Virus record (IMG/VR): IMGVR_UViG_2974506496_000001
Location: 32,001 to 96,000 of that record
DNA length: 64,000 nucleotides
Direction: 5' to 3' (one strand)
DNA from: a virus
Lineage: Duplodnaviria > Caudoviricetes
The notes beneath the pieces are model-generated. The model saw nothing but the letters and a program-made list of their open reading frames with translations. It was not told the origin of the DNA and searched no databases. A program made the position numbers and the translations under genes. This document shows positions 28,942 through 39,227 of the stretch, in pieces (the stretch's first letter is position 1; each line of letters begins with the position of its first letter).

Positions 28942-29691
28942 ATGACAACGACTTTCCCGAAAGAGATGAATGCTGCTTTCCATCCTGATAACGAACAAAC
29001 CACCCAGCTGTGCAAAACGATCCAGCAGATCAGCGGGGTGGAGATCAAACGTGTACATGTGGTGATGGCGATCCACCATTACAAACAAAACGATGCGGCA
29101 CATCAGCCTGACCACATGCTGGCGGTCTTAGCAGAAGCAGCCCACATCATCCAGTCGTTTCCTGACCTGGAGAAATGGCGCACCCAGATCATGTTAGGGT
29201 GTCTGTTCCATGACACCCACTGTCACATCGATCGGGATATGCACCACCTGCTAGGCGCCGAACATGCCCAAGAGGCATTACTGGAGTATGCGTGTGGTTA
29301 TGGGATGTCACGTGCGGATGTCTACCTGATCAGTCAGGCCGTACTGGAGCATCGGGCTTCCTGGAAGTACCCGCGTATTAACCCTGTATCCAACGCTGTG
29401 GCGTCTGCAGATCGTGGCTACCCTGATCTAAAGAAATACATCCGTCGTGCTGTACAGTACCGTTACAAGCGCATGGCAGTCATCAACATGAACACCATCA
29501 TCGATGAGTCGATCGAACACATGGTAGAGAAGTTCGGTGATGGCGGTTATGCCTGGGAAAGCTACCCGACGTATGCAGCGGTGATGCACGGTGATGCGAT
29601 TCAACAAGTGAAGCAACAACTGCGCAGTAAAGAAGGAAAGGCACAGCTCAAGGAGTACGCTGAACTCCACTTTGATGAGTGGGTAGAATAA
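28942..29691 (+). CDS. HD-domain phosphohydrolase
   Basis: AHQPDH, LFHD, HHLLGA, VLEHRAS, ASADR. Confidence 0.85.
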   Translation: MTTTFPKEMNAAFHPDNEQTTQLCKTIQQISGVEIKRVHVVMAIHHYKQNDAAHQPDHMLAVLAEAAHIIQSFPDLEKWRTQIMLGCLFHDTHCHIDRDMHHLLGAEHAQEALLEYACGYGMSRADVYLISQAVLEHRASWKYPRINPVSNAVASADRGYPDLKKYIRRAVQYRYKRMAVINMNTIIDESIEHMVEKFGDGGYAWESYPTYAAVMHGDAIQQVKQQLRSKEGKAQLKEYAELHFDEWVE

Positions 29692-29698
29692 GCTACGT

Positions 29699-29728
29699 GG
29701 CCGGAGGATTACCTCCGGCTGTTATGCC
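29699..29728 (+). terminator. hairpin + GTTATGCC element
   Basis: GGCCGGAGG-ATTA-CCTCCGGCT. Confidence 0.75.
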
Positions 29729-29851
29729 TGTTCTTTCTTCTTTGTAATTCTCAACACATTCGGTCTTTGTTATACAAAGGCTATAATCTTTGTCCCGAGC
29801 TAAGGGTAACGTGAACAGTTATGCTGGCTTACTTTTTAAAGGTATCTTTTC

Positions 29852-30382
29852 ATGGATGGTTTATTTAATCTCTCCTCATGGCAATCGATTTTACTTGTGG
29901 TAGTTGTACTCCTGCTGTGGGCGTATTACCAACGACTTCAACACCTGCGTCGTAAGTATCATCGCCGTAATGAACGCATGATGGCGCAGAGCGTGGTCAT
30001 GACATCCCGGCTGTTACTGAGTACCTTCTCGGAGATTGTGGAACGCGCTAAAGAGGAGGACATCTACCAGCGTGATCCTAACTCCCCGATTGCGGCAGAC
30101 CGGGCCAGTGCGATGGCCTGCTCCTCCATCTTCAGTGGGTTGTATAACCTGGTTGTGGTGCCCGTCACCACCCTTGATCCGGTGTTCAACGATTTATTGA
30201 TTACCGGTACTGAGCGGGAAGATGTTGAGGAAGGGGTCTTTGTGTCGTTTTATTTGGGTGAACAGCGTAATGATGTGGTTAGGCATTTTATACCCGACCG
30301 GTCGTTACAGGCCTTTATCACCCAAACGCGTGCCTTCAGTGCTTACCTGCGACAGGCTGCGAATACAAAACCACCACAATGA
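29852..30382 (+). CDS. N-terminally membrane-anchored protein
   Basis: Single TM followed by helical domain; architecture like 30391 and 34468. Confidence 0.75.
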   Translation: MDGLFNLSSWQSILLVVVVLLLWAYYQRLQHLRRKYHRRNERMMAQSVVMTSRLLLSTFSEIVERAKEEDIYQRDPNSPIAADRASAMACSSIFSGLYNLVVVPVTTLDPVFNDLLITGTEREDVEEGVFVSFYLGEQRNDVVRHFIPDRSLQAFITQTRAFSAYLRQAANTKPPQ

Positions 30383-30390
30383 GGTGACAC

Positions 30391-30921
30391 ATGACCAATT
30401 ATGGTTTTCTGCTGAACACAGTACTTCTGGCTTTTCTTATTTGGTTTGGTTACCGACTGCACACGTTGGTAAACAACAGCGAGAAAGCCACCCTCGCCGC
30501 TGATCATAACGCCAAGCTGCGCTTCCTGACCTATGCAGCCCGGCAGATAATGAGTGACTTGTATACGTCGCTCAATCTTCCGACGCTCACCGGGTGTGCG
30601 AAGATGTATCTACGCGATGACGGCAAGCTTGATAATATTGAAGTCATTATGCGACTCTTCATGAAAACCCATAATGAGATTATTACCAAGCTCTCCGAGG
30701 GATTGGTGTCGGATCATTTGAAGATCACCGATGTTAAAGTTACCCATGATCTGGTGACCAACGAAGTGCTCATCACACTCTTGTATCCGAATAAAGTCAC
30801 TGACATCCTGGTCTTCCATCATAACCACCTGGCGCAGGCGATCTACCAACTGGATCGATTGCAGCATCGGCTCTCAACGTTCCACAAAGCGGTGCCGAAC
30901 CGCGACCTGTACCAACTCTAA
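30391..30921 (+). CDS. N-terminally membrane-anchored protein
   Basis: Same length (176 aa) and architecture as 29852. Confidence 0.75.
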   Translation: MTNYGFLLNTVLLAFLIWFGYRLHTLVNNSEKATLAADHNAKLRFLTYAARQIMSDLYTSLNLPTLTGCAKMYLRDDGKLDNIEVIMRLFMKTHNEIITKLSEGLVSDHLKITDVKVTHDLVTNEVLITLLYPNKVTDILVFHHNHLAQAIYQLDRLQHRLSTFHKAVPNRDLYQL

Positions 30922-30924
30922 ACC

Positions 30925-30953
30925 AAGGGAGGGCTTCGGCTCTCCCTTATGCC
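30925..30953 (+). terminator. hairpin (TTCG loop) + ATGCC element
   Basis: AAGGGAGGGC-TTCG-GCTCTCCCTT. Confidence 0.8.
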
Positions 30954-31041
30954 ATCCGTTCTTCTTTTTTGGTTATTACTATGAATTGCAAGATTCACCA
31001 CGTAGTTCGTTTCACTTATTAACCCCTAAAGAGGAATAGTC

Positions 31042-32964
31042 ATGACAGATAGCACTACAGCGCAGAGCCAGACCGTGACGTTAGACCAAGTCATCGCGTC
31101 AGGCGGCCAGATTGTCTTCCTGGACAATGGGCAACTGAAAAGCTTTCCTGTCTCTCAGATCACTGACTTACTGAAAAGCGGCATGTCTACTGACGTGTTG
31201 GGTCAGGCTGATTCTCTGAGTATGTTTGGTCAAGTGGAGTCGTTCGAGGCTCTACGTAAGCTTAAGCCACAGAAAGAAGGTGCACGCATCTCTCTTCGTG
31301 GCTGGAACAAAGGCAGTTGTCTGGGTGGCGGTGAGTTCATTGGTCATCTCGTCACCAAAGATCTTAAAGCCCGTCCAGATGATGGCGGTATGATTGCAGC
31401 CGGTAGCGGGTTCTTCTGGGAACGTGTGTGCTCAGATTGCGGGCAAATGAATGTCACTCACTTCGGTGCGCTTCCTGGCGCCACTGCAGCGACTGATTGC
31501 GTGCCAGCAATGACCGCCATGCTGAACTGGAGTAATGCCAACGCTGTTGGTTTAGGAATTCAATTCCCAGCCGGTACTTTCTTCGCTTCCAGTTTAAAGT
31601 TCACCAAAGAGATCGGGTATTTCCGTATCGCCGGTAACCACATCAACTTTGGTTATTTTGCTAACACGGTATTGGTGAGTGACGCTACTGAAAACTTTAT
31701 GTTGGATGTTGCGGCCCGTCGGGTTGAGTTGGCAAACATCATCTTCCGCGGTGTGAGTACTACTGAGAAGCCGAATAAGAAAGGGATCTTTAATAACATC
31801 GTCATTGGTGGTCAGTACTTCAACATGACCTGTGTGCGGTTTGAGAAAATCGGCGGGACCTGTGTTAATCTGATCGATACTCTCGATACCAAGATGACAC
31901 AATGGTACGCGTCACAATGTACTGGTGATGTGATCGTTAACAAATGGTCCGATCGTCAGGCAGGTGGCTGGAACCATACCACTGCTGTTGAAATGACCAA
32001 CTTTAACATCCAGAAGTGTGTTGGTGGTAAAGTGTTTGACATGCAGCGCTGCGCTCAGTCGTTTATCACTAATGGCTGGATCGAGCACTGTGATGATCCA
32101 GGCGACCTGTCTAATGGTCAATGGACGGTAAATGGCCTGAGTATCGAAGATTGTAAGAAACCATTAAAGGCCTCTTACGCTCGCTTTATTGAGATCCAGC
32201 GTAACCTGCAGTCCGGGTCACGAATCGACTACTCCATTGACCCAGAGCTCGAAGAGTGGCTGAGTGAATGGGAACGCGGTCGTCTGGATATCGCCAACCA
32301 CGGCATCTTCATCGACGGTACCTTAGAGCCGGGTACGATCATGTCTCGCAACAAGCTGAGCAACAGCAGCGACAAAGCGAAATGGTTCCGGGTCGGTACC
32401 TGGTACAGCCCATCTGAAGGCGACTCCATTGACATCAACCTGGTTGGTACTGGTAACTTCCTGTCGGTCGCACCAAAGCTTGATGATATCGATGGTGTGC
32501 GTCAAGGTGGCGGTAACACCCTGATCCGTGTGCAGTTGAAGAAAGACTCCGTAGGTGCGACCTTAGAACCACATGGTTCAAGTCCCCTGCAAGCGGCGAA
32601 GATTGCCAAAGTCGGTGCCGGTAAGTTTGTGATCTACGCCCAGCTGAAACCGTATACCCGTAATGTGATCCCGGTGATTGTTGCAACCGGTGCCACGCAC
32701 TACGAAGCCGGTGTCTCTTATTACTTCCGTCCGGCGATTGCCTCGATGAGTGATGAAGAGATCGCAGCAGTGCCGGATGCGGTGGTGATTGCTGAACAGT
32801 GGTCGCTCGGTCAACTGGCCGGTGTGGGCGCCACTAACGAAGGTAACCTGATGCTGAAGAGTAAGATCGTTAACGATCACTTGCAGGTACAGGTCATGGT
32901 TAGCCAAGCACAATGGGCGAAACCAGAACTTCGTTATATCGAGCTGAAGAAAGAAGCCAAGTAA
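31042..32964 (+). CDS. AmsF/WceF-like tailspike-fold glycan-active protein (putative EPS depolymerase)
   Basis: SFEALR..KP..G.RI.LRGW...GGGEF, DDGG.IA...W.R, THFGA, FPAGTF followed by a beta-helix-like region. Confidence 0.75.
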   Translation: MTDSTTAQSQTVTLDQVIASGGQIVFLDNGQLKSFPVSQITDLLKSGMSTDVLGQADSLSMFGQVESFEALRKLKPQKEGARISLRGWNKGSCLGGGEFIGHLVTKDLKARPDDGGMIAAGSGFFWERVCSDCGQMNVTHFGALPGATAATDCVPAMTAMLNWSNANAVGLGIQFPAGTFFASSLKFTKEIGYFRIAGNHINFGYFANTVLVSDATENFMLDVAARRVELANIIFRGVSTTEKPNKKGIFNNIVIGGQYFNMTCVRFEKIGGTCVNLIDTLDTKMTQWYASQCTGDVIVNKWSDRQAGGWNHTTAVEMTNFNIQKCVGGKVFDMQRCAQSFITNGWIEHCDDPGDLSNGQWTVNGLSIEDCKKPLKASYARFIEIQRNLQSGSRIDYSIDPELEEWLSEWERGRLDIANHGIFIDGTLEPGTIMSRNKLSNSSDKAKWFRVGTWYSPSEGDSIDINLVGTGNFLSVAPKLDDIDGVRQGGGNTLIRVQLKKDSVGATLEPHGSSPLQAAKIAKVGAGKFVIYAQLKPYTRNVIPVIVATGATHYEAGVSYYFRPAIASMSDEEIAAVPDAVVIAEQWSLGQLAGVGATNEGNLMLKSKIVNDHLQVQVMVSQAQWAKPELRYIELKKEAK

Positions 32965-32988
32965 GGCAAGCGCGTTATACCGCTAACT

Positions 32989-33019
32989 GGAGGAGGGGAT
33001 TCCCCTCCTCTTTATGCCG
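32989..33019 (+). terminator. hairpin + TTTATGCCG element
   Basis: GGAGGAGGGG/CCCCTCCTCT. Confidence 0.8.
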
Positions 33020-33036
33020 CCCTAGATTTTACCAGA

Positions 33037-33046
33037 CCTATATTAC
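33037..33046 (+). promoter_or_regulatory. putative early promoter CCTATATTAC
   Basis: Contains exact TATATTAC. Confidence 0.7.
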
Positions 33047-33138
33047 CCTTGTGATCTCTGTAGAAATAAACGGAATCACCCAGTCTTATAACCCGCTGAC
33101 CAAACCGAGTGTCGGCTAAACAAAGAAGAGGAAATACC

Positions 33139-33840
33139 ATGACTACCCGTAAGATTGCCCGCTTAGACAAACTCGCTAAATTTGTAAACGACAATTTTGA
33201 TCGCGATTACAACCTACCCTTTGCGATCGAGATCGAACAGCATGAAGATAAGTGGCACGGTGTTCGATACAGCCTCAACCTGACTCAGCCAGAGTGTGAC
33301 GGCAGTCCTGTAAAAACGTTATTCCGTTCGAAGATGTTACCGGCTGAATTCGTTGGTGATCGGTTTACACGGCTAGAAGGCAGTGTGGCCGGAATGGCAT
33401 CTGGGATTGAACTCCTGGGACAAGTTGCCTGGTACTGGATGTTATCAGGGGTAAACGGCAGTGATCGCGAATTGGGCGTGCAGGTAGCGTCGATGGCCTG
33501 GGATGCCTGGACACTGGCAACCGCCATATTTGATGGCTCTAAAGCCCGTGATCTCTTCGAGCGTGACGATTTCCTTTGCCCTGGCGTAACACTGAATCAG
33601 CACGTCCTGTGCGAAAAGTTTGTCAGCATTGACCGCGAAGTATGGCTAAAGCGTCGCACTAAACTGCTCGATAATGCGGTGGTTATTGAAAGTCGTTGGA
33701 CCTTCGTAAAACAATATATCGGGGCAGGCGGTCTGGGTCATGAAGAGAAACACACTGTCGCCGAGGTTACCAAACGCAGGCAAGCACCGGCGCCTTTTGA
33801 AATTATCTTTAAGGCCAAATCGTCTCCTTTTAATCCATGA
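33139..33840 (+). CDS. hypothetical protein
   Basis: GAGG SD before ATG 33139. Confidence 0.75.
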   Translation: MTTRKIARLDKLAKFVNDNFDRDYNLPFAIEIEQHEDKWHGVRYSLNLTQPECDGSPVKTLFRSKMLPAEFVGDRFTRLEGSVAGMASGIELLGQVAWYWMLSGVNGSDRELGVQVASMAWDAWTLATAIFDGSKARDLFERDDFLCPGVTLNQHVLCEKFVSIDREVWLKRRTKLLDNAVVIESRWTFVKQYIGAGGLGHEEKHTVAEVTKRRQAPAPFEIIFKAKSSPFNP

Positions 33841-33846
33841 GAATGA

Positions 33847-33868
33847 GGAGGGGGTTTCGACCTCCTCC
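33847..33868 (+). terminator. hairpin with TTCG loop
   Basis: GGAGGGGGT-TTCG-ACCTCCTCC. Confidence 0.65.
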
Positions 33869-33902
33869 ATTATTGCTATTTTAAGTTGCAGAAAATCTAA
33901 CG

Positions 33903-33912
33903 CCTACATTAC
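33903..33912 (+). promoter_or_regulatory. putative early promoter CCTACATTAC
   Basis: Recurrent motif. Confidence 0.65.
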
Positions 33913-33957
33913 TAATGGGATAGGCCTGATCAACAATTCTAATTAAGGGAATTTGTA

Positions 33958-34428
33958 ATGAGTGAAATCACGTTTAAAGACGCGCGGTATTATGACCTGA
34001 TTACCAAAGAACAATTGCAACCTGGACACACCATCCTGCTGAGCCTCAAAGGTCAACCAGCGGGTGTCATGACCCCAGCAGTACAGTGGGCTAAAGACAA
34101 CCTGGAAAACACGGTCGTGGTGTACGGCACGGTTGACGATCTGCAATCAATCCGTAAAGAGATCAGTACTTGCGATCAACCGGTAGCTGTGGTCCTTACC
34201 GGCGGCTACCACGCAACGTATGAACTTACTCACTGGGCACGGGAAAACAACGTAGTGGTGTTCCTGGCTTCAGATACCAATGCACCGCGTCCACGTTATG
34301 CGATACTGCTCGGTACCTGTCTGATCCAGCTGACTTATGATCATACTGGTCGAGTGAGTTCTGCTACCGCCATCCGTAATCAAGCAACCGCATCAGGCTG
34401 GGTGATCGACTTCACCGCTGACGCATAA
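33958..34428 (+). CDS. hypothetical protein
   Basis: AAGGG SD. Confidence 0.75.
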   Translation: MSEITFKDARYYDLITKEQLQPGHTILLSLKGQPAGVMTPAVQWAKDNLENTVVVYGTVDDLQSIRKEISTCDQPVAVVLTGGYHATYELTHWARENNVVVFLASDTNAPRPRYAILLGTCLIQLTYDHTGRVSSATAIRNQATASGWVIDFTADA

Positions 34429-34467
34429 TCCTTTATTCATCCAATTAATTTAACCTGAGGTAATATC

Positions 34468-35073
34468 ATGCAACTTCATCAATACGTCGCCCTCTTACTC
34501 GGTGTGGGTTTAATCACGATCATTCTCGTTATGCTGGTCGGCTGGCTCGTGCTTGAGAACCAACGCAAATACGCTGCATTCCAACGGGTGCGTTACGAAA
34601 ATATGCTGCGCTATCGCCTGACCGATTTCAGCAACCAGGTGACAGCAGATCTCTCGGCCATGTTCCTGCGCTATTTACTCTCCCCGCGGGTTGGTGGTAC
34701 TGAGCGGGTGAGTGTAGAGGCAATAGCCGGTACCGTCCAGGGTATGCTGCAAGCGATCGCTGCTCACCACAACCATGAGTTTAAAAGCTCAGAGGTCGGT
34801 GATACGTTACTGGGTCTGTTGATTAAAGAGGTCTCTTATGAAACACAGAGCGACCGCATCATCTTTACCTTGACACGTCCAGGTGCCACGAACCTCACTT
34901 ATACCCTGACACACCCCGAAGCGTACGGTTCGATGCTCTGCTGTGAGCTGGAAGACTATCGCATGCGTCTGCGTGACCGCGCAACCCTGCAGATCAAGCG
35001 TGAGCTCGATCAGGCACCGCAAACGTATAAAGCCGCCTTCCCTAACTCGGAGCGGATTAATACCACTGCGTAA
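34468..35073 (+). CDS. N-terminally membrane-anchored protein
   Basis: TM plus helical domain like 29852/30391. Confidence 0.75.
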   Translation: MQLHQYVALLLGVGLITIILVMLVGWLVLENQRKYAAFQRVRYENMLRYRLTDFSNQVTADLSAMFLRYLLSPRVGGTERVSVEAIAGTVQGMLQAIAAHHNHEFKSSEVGDTLLGLLIKEVSYETQSDRIIFTLTRPGATNLTYTLTHPEAYGSMLCCELEDYRMRLRDRATLQIKRELDQAPQTYKAAFPNSERINTTA

Positions 35074-35078
35074 TAAAT

Positions 35079-35106
35079 GGGAGGCTTTGCCTCCCTTTAT
35101 TTTTTG
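35079..35106 (+). terminator. intrinsic terminator
   Basis: GGGAGGC/GCCTCCC plus T tract. Confidence 0.75.
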
Positions 35107-35172
35107 TCATTGTAGTAAATGTGTACAACTTAACTAAATCATTTAGTAAACGTAAAAAGGAAAGTCAACATC

Positions 35173-35469
35173 ATGTCAAACGAAGCCATTCTGAAAGCCC
35201 TGGAAACCATTGCCACTACATACCCAAAAGTTGAGGTGGTGTCGATTGGTGGGATTATCGCCTGCTTCGGCACGATGAAAGATGGAAAGGTAGAAACCAC
35301 GGTGTTTGGCAATCTGCCCGAGTTCACTGTCGCCAATGTGAAGAAGCTTTACAACGCGAAGTGGTCACAACGTCAATTGGGTTATATGTACGGTACATCA
35401 CAGGCCCAGATCGCTAACTTCATGAAGAACCGTGAGGTTAACGTTCCCAATACGGTAAAAGGTTATTAG
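35173..35469 (+). CDS. small protein with C-terminal helix-turn-helix
   Basis: WSQRQLGYMYGTSQAQIAN. Confidence 0.65.
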   Translation: MSNEAILKALETIATTYPKVEVVSIGGIIACFGTMKDGKVETTVFGNLPEFTVANVKKLYNAKWSQRQLGYMYGTSQAQIANFMKNREVNVPNTVKGY

Positions 35470-35470
35470 C

Positions 35471-35761
35471 ATGAAATGGTACGAACGACTGGTCGAGAGC
35501 ACGGTGCTGCGGTTTATGGCAACCTTCCTCTTAGCCTGCTTGTGGTCCCTGCTCCTTTTAAGCCAATGCTCGTTAGCGCTCGATCTCACCTTAAGCGTGA
35601 TCTCTCTGGTGATCGTGTATAACCTGCGGGATTTCTTAAAGGACTTGCACCACGGTGTTTCAACCCGTCATGACTTTGCAGGGTGGTTTGTGCTGAACGC
35701 TGCTGGCATGGCACTGCTCTCGGCAATCATTAACGCCCTGTTCATCTTACATAGACTCTAG
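35471..35761 (+). CDS. small multi-pass membrane protein
   Basis: Three hydrophobic segments. Confidence 0.7.
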   Translation: MKWYERLVESTVLRFMATFLLACLWSLLLLSQCSLALDLTLSVISLVIVYNLRDFLKDLHHGVSTRHDFAGWFVLNAAGMALLSAIINALFILHRL

Positions 35762-35769
35762 GAGCTCTC

Positions 35770-36351
35770 ATGTCAAAGAAACTCGATACCCGTAAAAGTA
35801 TGTTCCTGGCCTTGGTGTTACGCCACCGTCCCGAAGAGATCGGAATTACCCTGGATGAGAACGGCTGGGCCAAAGTCAGCGAAGTGATCACCGGGTTTAC
35901 CTTTACCGGGCGTGGGCTCTCATTACCTGAGCTTGAGATCATCGTTGAGACGGATGAGAAGAAGCGTTACCAGCTCTCTGACGATAAGTGCTATATCCGG
36001 GCCGTGCAGGGGCATTCTCACGAGAGCGTGATGAACATGCAGCTGGAAGTGGCGACACCGCCAAAGTACTTGTATCACGGCACCCAACAGATCTCCTGTG
36101 AATCGATCGAGCGACAAGGGATCTTGCGCCTTAAACGTTTATATGTCCACCTAACGGATGACATCGAAGCGGCTTGGCGCGCAGCAACTCGTAAACGAAC
36201 AGCCGGTGCAGTCTACCGAATCGACACCGAGAAGATGACGCGGATGGGCCATGTGTTCTATCGCGCTGAGAACGGGGTCTGGCTGGCGAAGCGCATTCCT
36301 TTCTCAGTCATTGAGATGGTTGATGCACATGACGAAGAAACAAGTACCTGA
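35770..36351 (+). CDS. kptA: RNA 2'-phosphotransferase (Tpt1/KptA)
   Basis: LRH.P..IG..LD..GW, D.KKRY, IRAVQGHS, LYHGT, YVHL, NGVWL. Confidence 0.95.
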   Translation: MSKKLDTRKSMFLALVLRHRPEEIGITLDENGWAKVSEVITGFTFTGRGLSLPELEIIVETDEKKRYQLSDDKCYIRAVQGHSHESVMNMQLEVATPPKYLYHGTQQISCESIERQGILRLKRLYVHLTDDIEAAWRAATRKRTAGAVYRIDTEKMTRMGHVFYRAENGVWLAKRIPFSVIEMVDAHDEETST

Positions 36352-36613
36352 GTGGTGGCACGTCCCCATGTTACCCATTGGGTTCATGATGATTTGGGTA
36401 GGATATGTAATAGGTGGGCAGTTCCTCAGTTTCTGGGGGTGTATCTGTGTCACGTTGATTTGTGGTGGGGTTTCGTACCAGCACTGCATGCGCTCAACCA
36501 AGTATCGCAAAAATTCCGTAAGCTGGTTTATCTGTTGGAATGCTTACGGTATCATCGCGTGTTTGGGTATTGGGTTTATGGTAGCGGCAATTTATCTAGG
36601 CGGAGTCAAATAA
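36329..36613 (+). CDS. small multi-pass membrane protein
   Basis: Three hydrophobic segments. Confidence 0.65.
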   Translation: MTKKQVPEWWHVPMLPIGFMMIWVGYVIGGQFLSFWGCICVTLICGGVSYQHCMRSTKYRKNSVSWFICWNAYGIIACLGIGFMVAAIYLGGVK

Positions 36614-36886
36614 GTGAAAAGTAAAACAGGCAGTAAGTTAACACGCACGTTGTTGTTTTGTTTTGGTGCTTACATCACGGGGATGTTTGCCTTGATGATG
36701 ATCCTGTCATCACAAAGCACTGCAGGCATCACTGCAGGGAACTATGACAAAATGAGCGTGGATGACTCGCCTGAGTTTATTTTAACAGATCGCAGTAATG
36801 GATGTAGATACGTCTATGACTCGGTTACCAAAACAGCCCACACTGCAACAGGCTTCGATTACTGCCTGTCGCTAAGGAAAGAATAA
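36614..36886 (+). CDS. membrane-anchored small protein
   Basis: TM segment then D...GCRY motif. Confidence 0.65.
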   Translation: MKSKTGSKLTRTLLFCFGAYITGMFALMMILSSQSTAGITAGNYDKMSVDDSPEFILTDRSNGCRYVYDSVTKTAHTATGFDYCLSLRKE

Positions 36887-36958
36887 TGGTTCGTGCTTAT
36901 CGACACTCTGAGCTGCTACGATGGCCGCATCCCGCGGCCTGCACCCGGAGTTCGTTCT

Positions 36959-37186
36959 ATGTCTATTGCAGTCAACCGTCATCACGCTAAACGTTTAAAG
37001 GCCAAACGTAAACATTACTGGAACGTCGGCGGGAAACGCCAGAACAACAAGGCGGTGGGAATTATCTTCCATACCCCGTGCAAATGCAGCTGCACTATGT
37101 GCGGTAACCAACGCAAGCATTGGGGTCGCCCGATCCAGGAAGTGAAACAAGCGGCCCGTTTTAGTGATACGGTCACTGACATTTAA
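36959..37186 (+). CDS. small basic Cys-rich (putative Zn-binding) protein
   Basis: PCKCSCTMCGN.R; GGAG SD before ATG 36959. Confidence 0.7.
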   Translation: MSIAVNRHHAKRLKAKRKHYWNVGGKRQNNKAVGIIFHTPCKCSCTMCGNQRKHWGRPIQEVKQAARFSDTVTDI

Positions 37187-37234
37187 CCATGCAAGGGGGG
37201 TTGTTGGCTCCCCTTCTTTATTTGAGGAATCCGC

Positions 37235-37600
37235 ATGAAACGCGGCTACCCATCAGGCCAACCGATTGAAGTCGAAGTCGGTGGAGTCATGTACCAATTT
37301 AACCCCCTTGAAAACATGCTGGCTGATCTGCGTGCCAATAAGTTGATCATCGTGTGTTGTAGTAATAAGAAGCGCGCCATTACCGATATCTGGATGTGCG
37401 ATGCCGAGATCGACTACTCGACGCAGTCACGCATGGAACACATCCTGGTCAGTGATCGTTGCAAGCAGTTCACCAAAGACTACGCCTTAACGCGAGTAGT
37501 GGATGTTGATAGCCGGTCATTGACGATAGCCGGTCCAGATAAAAAGATGCTGTCGATGGTGATTATGGGGGATACCCTCTACGCCGTTAAGCCAAGTTAA
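37235..37600 (+). CDS. hypothetical protein
   Basis: GAGG SD. Confidence 0.7.
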   Translation: MKRGYPSGQPIEVEVGGVMYQFNPLENMLADLRANKLIIVCCSNKKRAITDIWMCDAEIDYSTQSRMEHILVSDRCKQFTKDYALTRVVDVDSRSLTIAGPDKKMLSMVIMGDTLYAVKPS

Positions 37601-37623
37601 CAGAACAGCGGTTGGGTGCCTCT

Positions 37624-37725
37624 ATGAACAATGTTTGGCTTTTAGTAATGGCCCTTATTTATACAGCAGGGCTTATTGCCGCATGTGTGGTTGCACGCAT
37701 GGCAGTCTTTCATCATGTGATCTAA
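37624..37725 (+). CDS. 33-aa single-TM peptide (not in ORF track)
   Basis: MNNVWLLVMALIYTAGLIAACVVARMAVFHHVI fills the gap between two genes. Confidence 0.5.
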   Translation: MNNVWLLVMALIYTAGLIAACVVARMAVFHHVI

Positions 37726-37734
37726 AGGGCAATT

Positions 37735-38013
37735 ATGAGTAAAGGTACTTTGAAAGGCCTTGGTGTGGTGTTGGCGTGTCTTGTGATTGGCGTATTGCTG
37801 TTTGTTTTTGCAACCGCTGTTCAAGCTGCCGATACACCCGTTAACCCCCACTGTGTTGCCATTACTAACGACAGTACAATTACCACCCAGTGTGACGACG
37901 GTACCGTGGTCATTACCAACACCGCAACCTCGACGGTGATGGTGTGTCATGTAAGTAAAGAAACAAAAGGTCTTCCGCAATGCGTGAAAGACCGGGTTGT
38001 CATTTCTAATTAA
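37735..38013 (+). CDS. secreted/membrane-anchored Cys-containing protein
   Basis: Signal-like N-terminus ending AVQA; four Cys in the mature part. Confidence 0.7.
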   Translation: MSKGTLKGLGVVLACLVIGVLLFVFATAVQAADTPVNPHCVAITNDSTITTQCDDGTVVITNTATSTVMVCHVSKETKGLPQCVKDRVVISN

Positions 38014-38036
38014 CGTTATTCTTCGGAGCTACACAC

Positions 38037-39170
38037 ATGCAGTACAGTACCTTTAATACCACTAAAAACGATCAGATGGCTGAACCGATGTTCCTGGGTC
38101 AGTCGGTTAACGTCTCACGTTATGATCAGCAGAAGTACCCCGCGTTCGAAAAGCTGATTGAGAAACAACTTTCATTCTTCTGGCGCCCTGAAGAGGTGGA
38201 TGTTTCGCAAGACCGTATCGACTTCCAGGGGTTACCGGATCATGAGAAACACATCTTCGTGTCTAACCTGAAATACCAAACCCTGCTGGACTCGATTCAG
38301 GGTCGTAGTCCGAACGTGGCCCTGCTGCCGATCTGTTCTATCCCGGAACTCGAAACCTGGATTGAAACCTGGGCGTTCTCTGAAACGATCCACTCGCGCT
38401 CATACACCCACATCATCCGTAATATCTTTACTGACCCCTCCATCGTGTTTGATGACATCGTGACCAACGAACACATCAAAGCGCGTGCTGAGTCCGTCAC
38501 GGAGTATTACGACCAGCTGATTGAAATGACCATGTACCTCAACTTACTGGGTGAAGGTACTCATGTAATCAATGGTAAGAAAGTCGTGGTGTCGATGCGT
38601 GCTATCAAGCGTCTGGTCTACCTGTGCATCGTGTCAGTCAACGTGCTGGAAGCCATCCGCTTCTATGTCTCCTTTGCCTGCTCGTTTGCCTTTGCTGAAC
38701 GCGAGCTGATGGAAGGCAACGCCAAGATCATTAAACTGATCGCCCGTGATGAAGCCCTGCATCTGACCGGCACCCAGCACATGATCATGTTAATGAAGTC
38801 CGGTGCTGACGATGCTGAGATGGCGGAAATCGTTAAAGAGTGTGAAGCAGAAACATACGCACTCTTTAAGGACGCTGCAGAGCAGGAGAAAGACTGGGCG
38901 AACTATCTGTTCCAGGATGGGTCGATGATCGGTCTGAACAAAGAGATCGTGTGTCAGTACATCGAATACATCACCAACATCCGTATTCGCGCCATCGGTT
39001 ACGATGACATCTACGCCGGTGTCAAAGCTAACCCTATCCCGTGGATCAACTCCTGGCTGGTTTCTGACAACGTGCAACAAGCCCCTCAAGAGTCAGAGAT
39101 TACCTCGTATTTAGTAGGTCAGATCGACTCAACTGTCGATGCAGATGCGTTTGATAACTTCGAACTTTAA
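38037..39170 (+). CDS. nrdB: ribonucleotide reductase class Ia beta subunit
   Basis: [48 protein letters not shown]. Confidence 0.98.
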   Translation: MQYSTFNTTKNDQMAEPMFLGQSVNVSRYDQQKYPAFEKLIEKQLSFFWRPEEVDVSQDRIDFQGLPDHEKHIFVSNLKYQTLLDSIQGRSPNVALLPICSIPELETWIETWAFSETIHSRSYTHIIRNIFTDPSIVFDDIVTNEHIKARAESVTEYYDQLIEMTMYLNLLGEGTHVINGKKVVVSMRAIKRLVYLCIVSVNVLEAIRFYVSFACSFAFAERELMEGNAKIIKLIARDEALHLTGTQHMIMLMKSGADDAEMAEIVKECEAETYALFKDAAEQEKDWANYLFQDGSMIGLNKEIVCQYIEYITNIRIRAIGYDDIYAGVKANPIPWINSWLVSDNVQQAPQESEITSYLVGQIDSTVDADAFDNFEL

Positions 39171-39227
39171 TACGTGATCAGCTTCACTCACGTAGAGGGC
39201 TGATCGCTAGCCCTTTATGGAGAGTGT

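Noticed and set aside
29759-29787. Host sigma70 promoter (TATAAT at 29782)
   Set aside because: The -35 position reads TTCGGT and there is no extended -10 TG, so support is insufficient.
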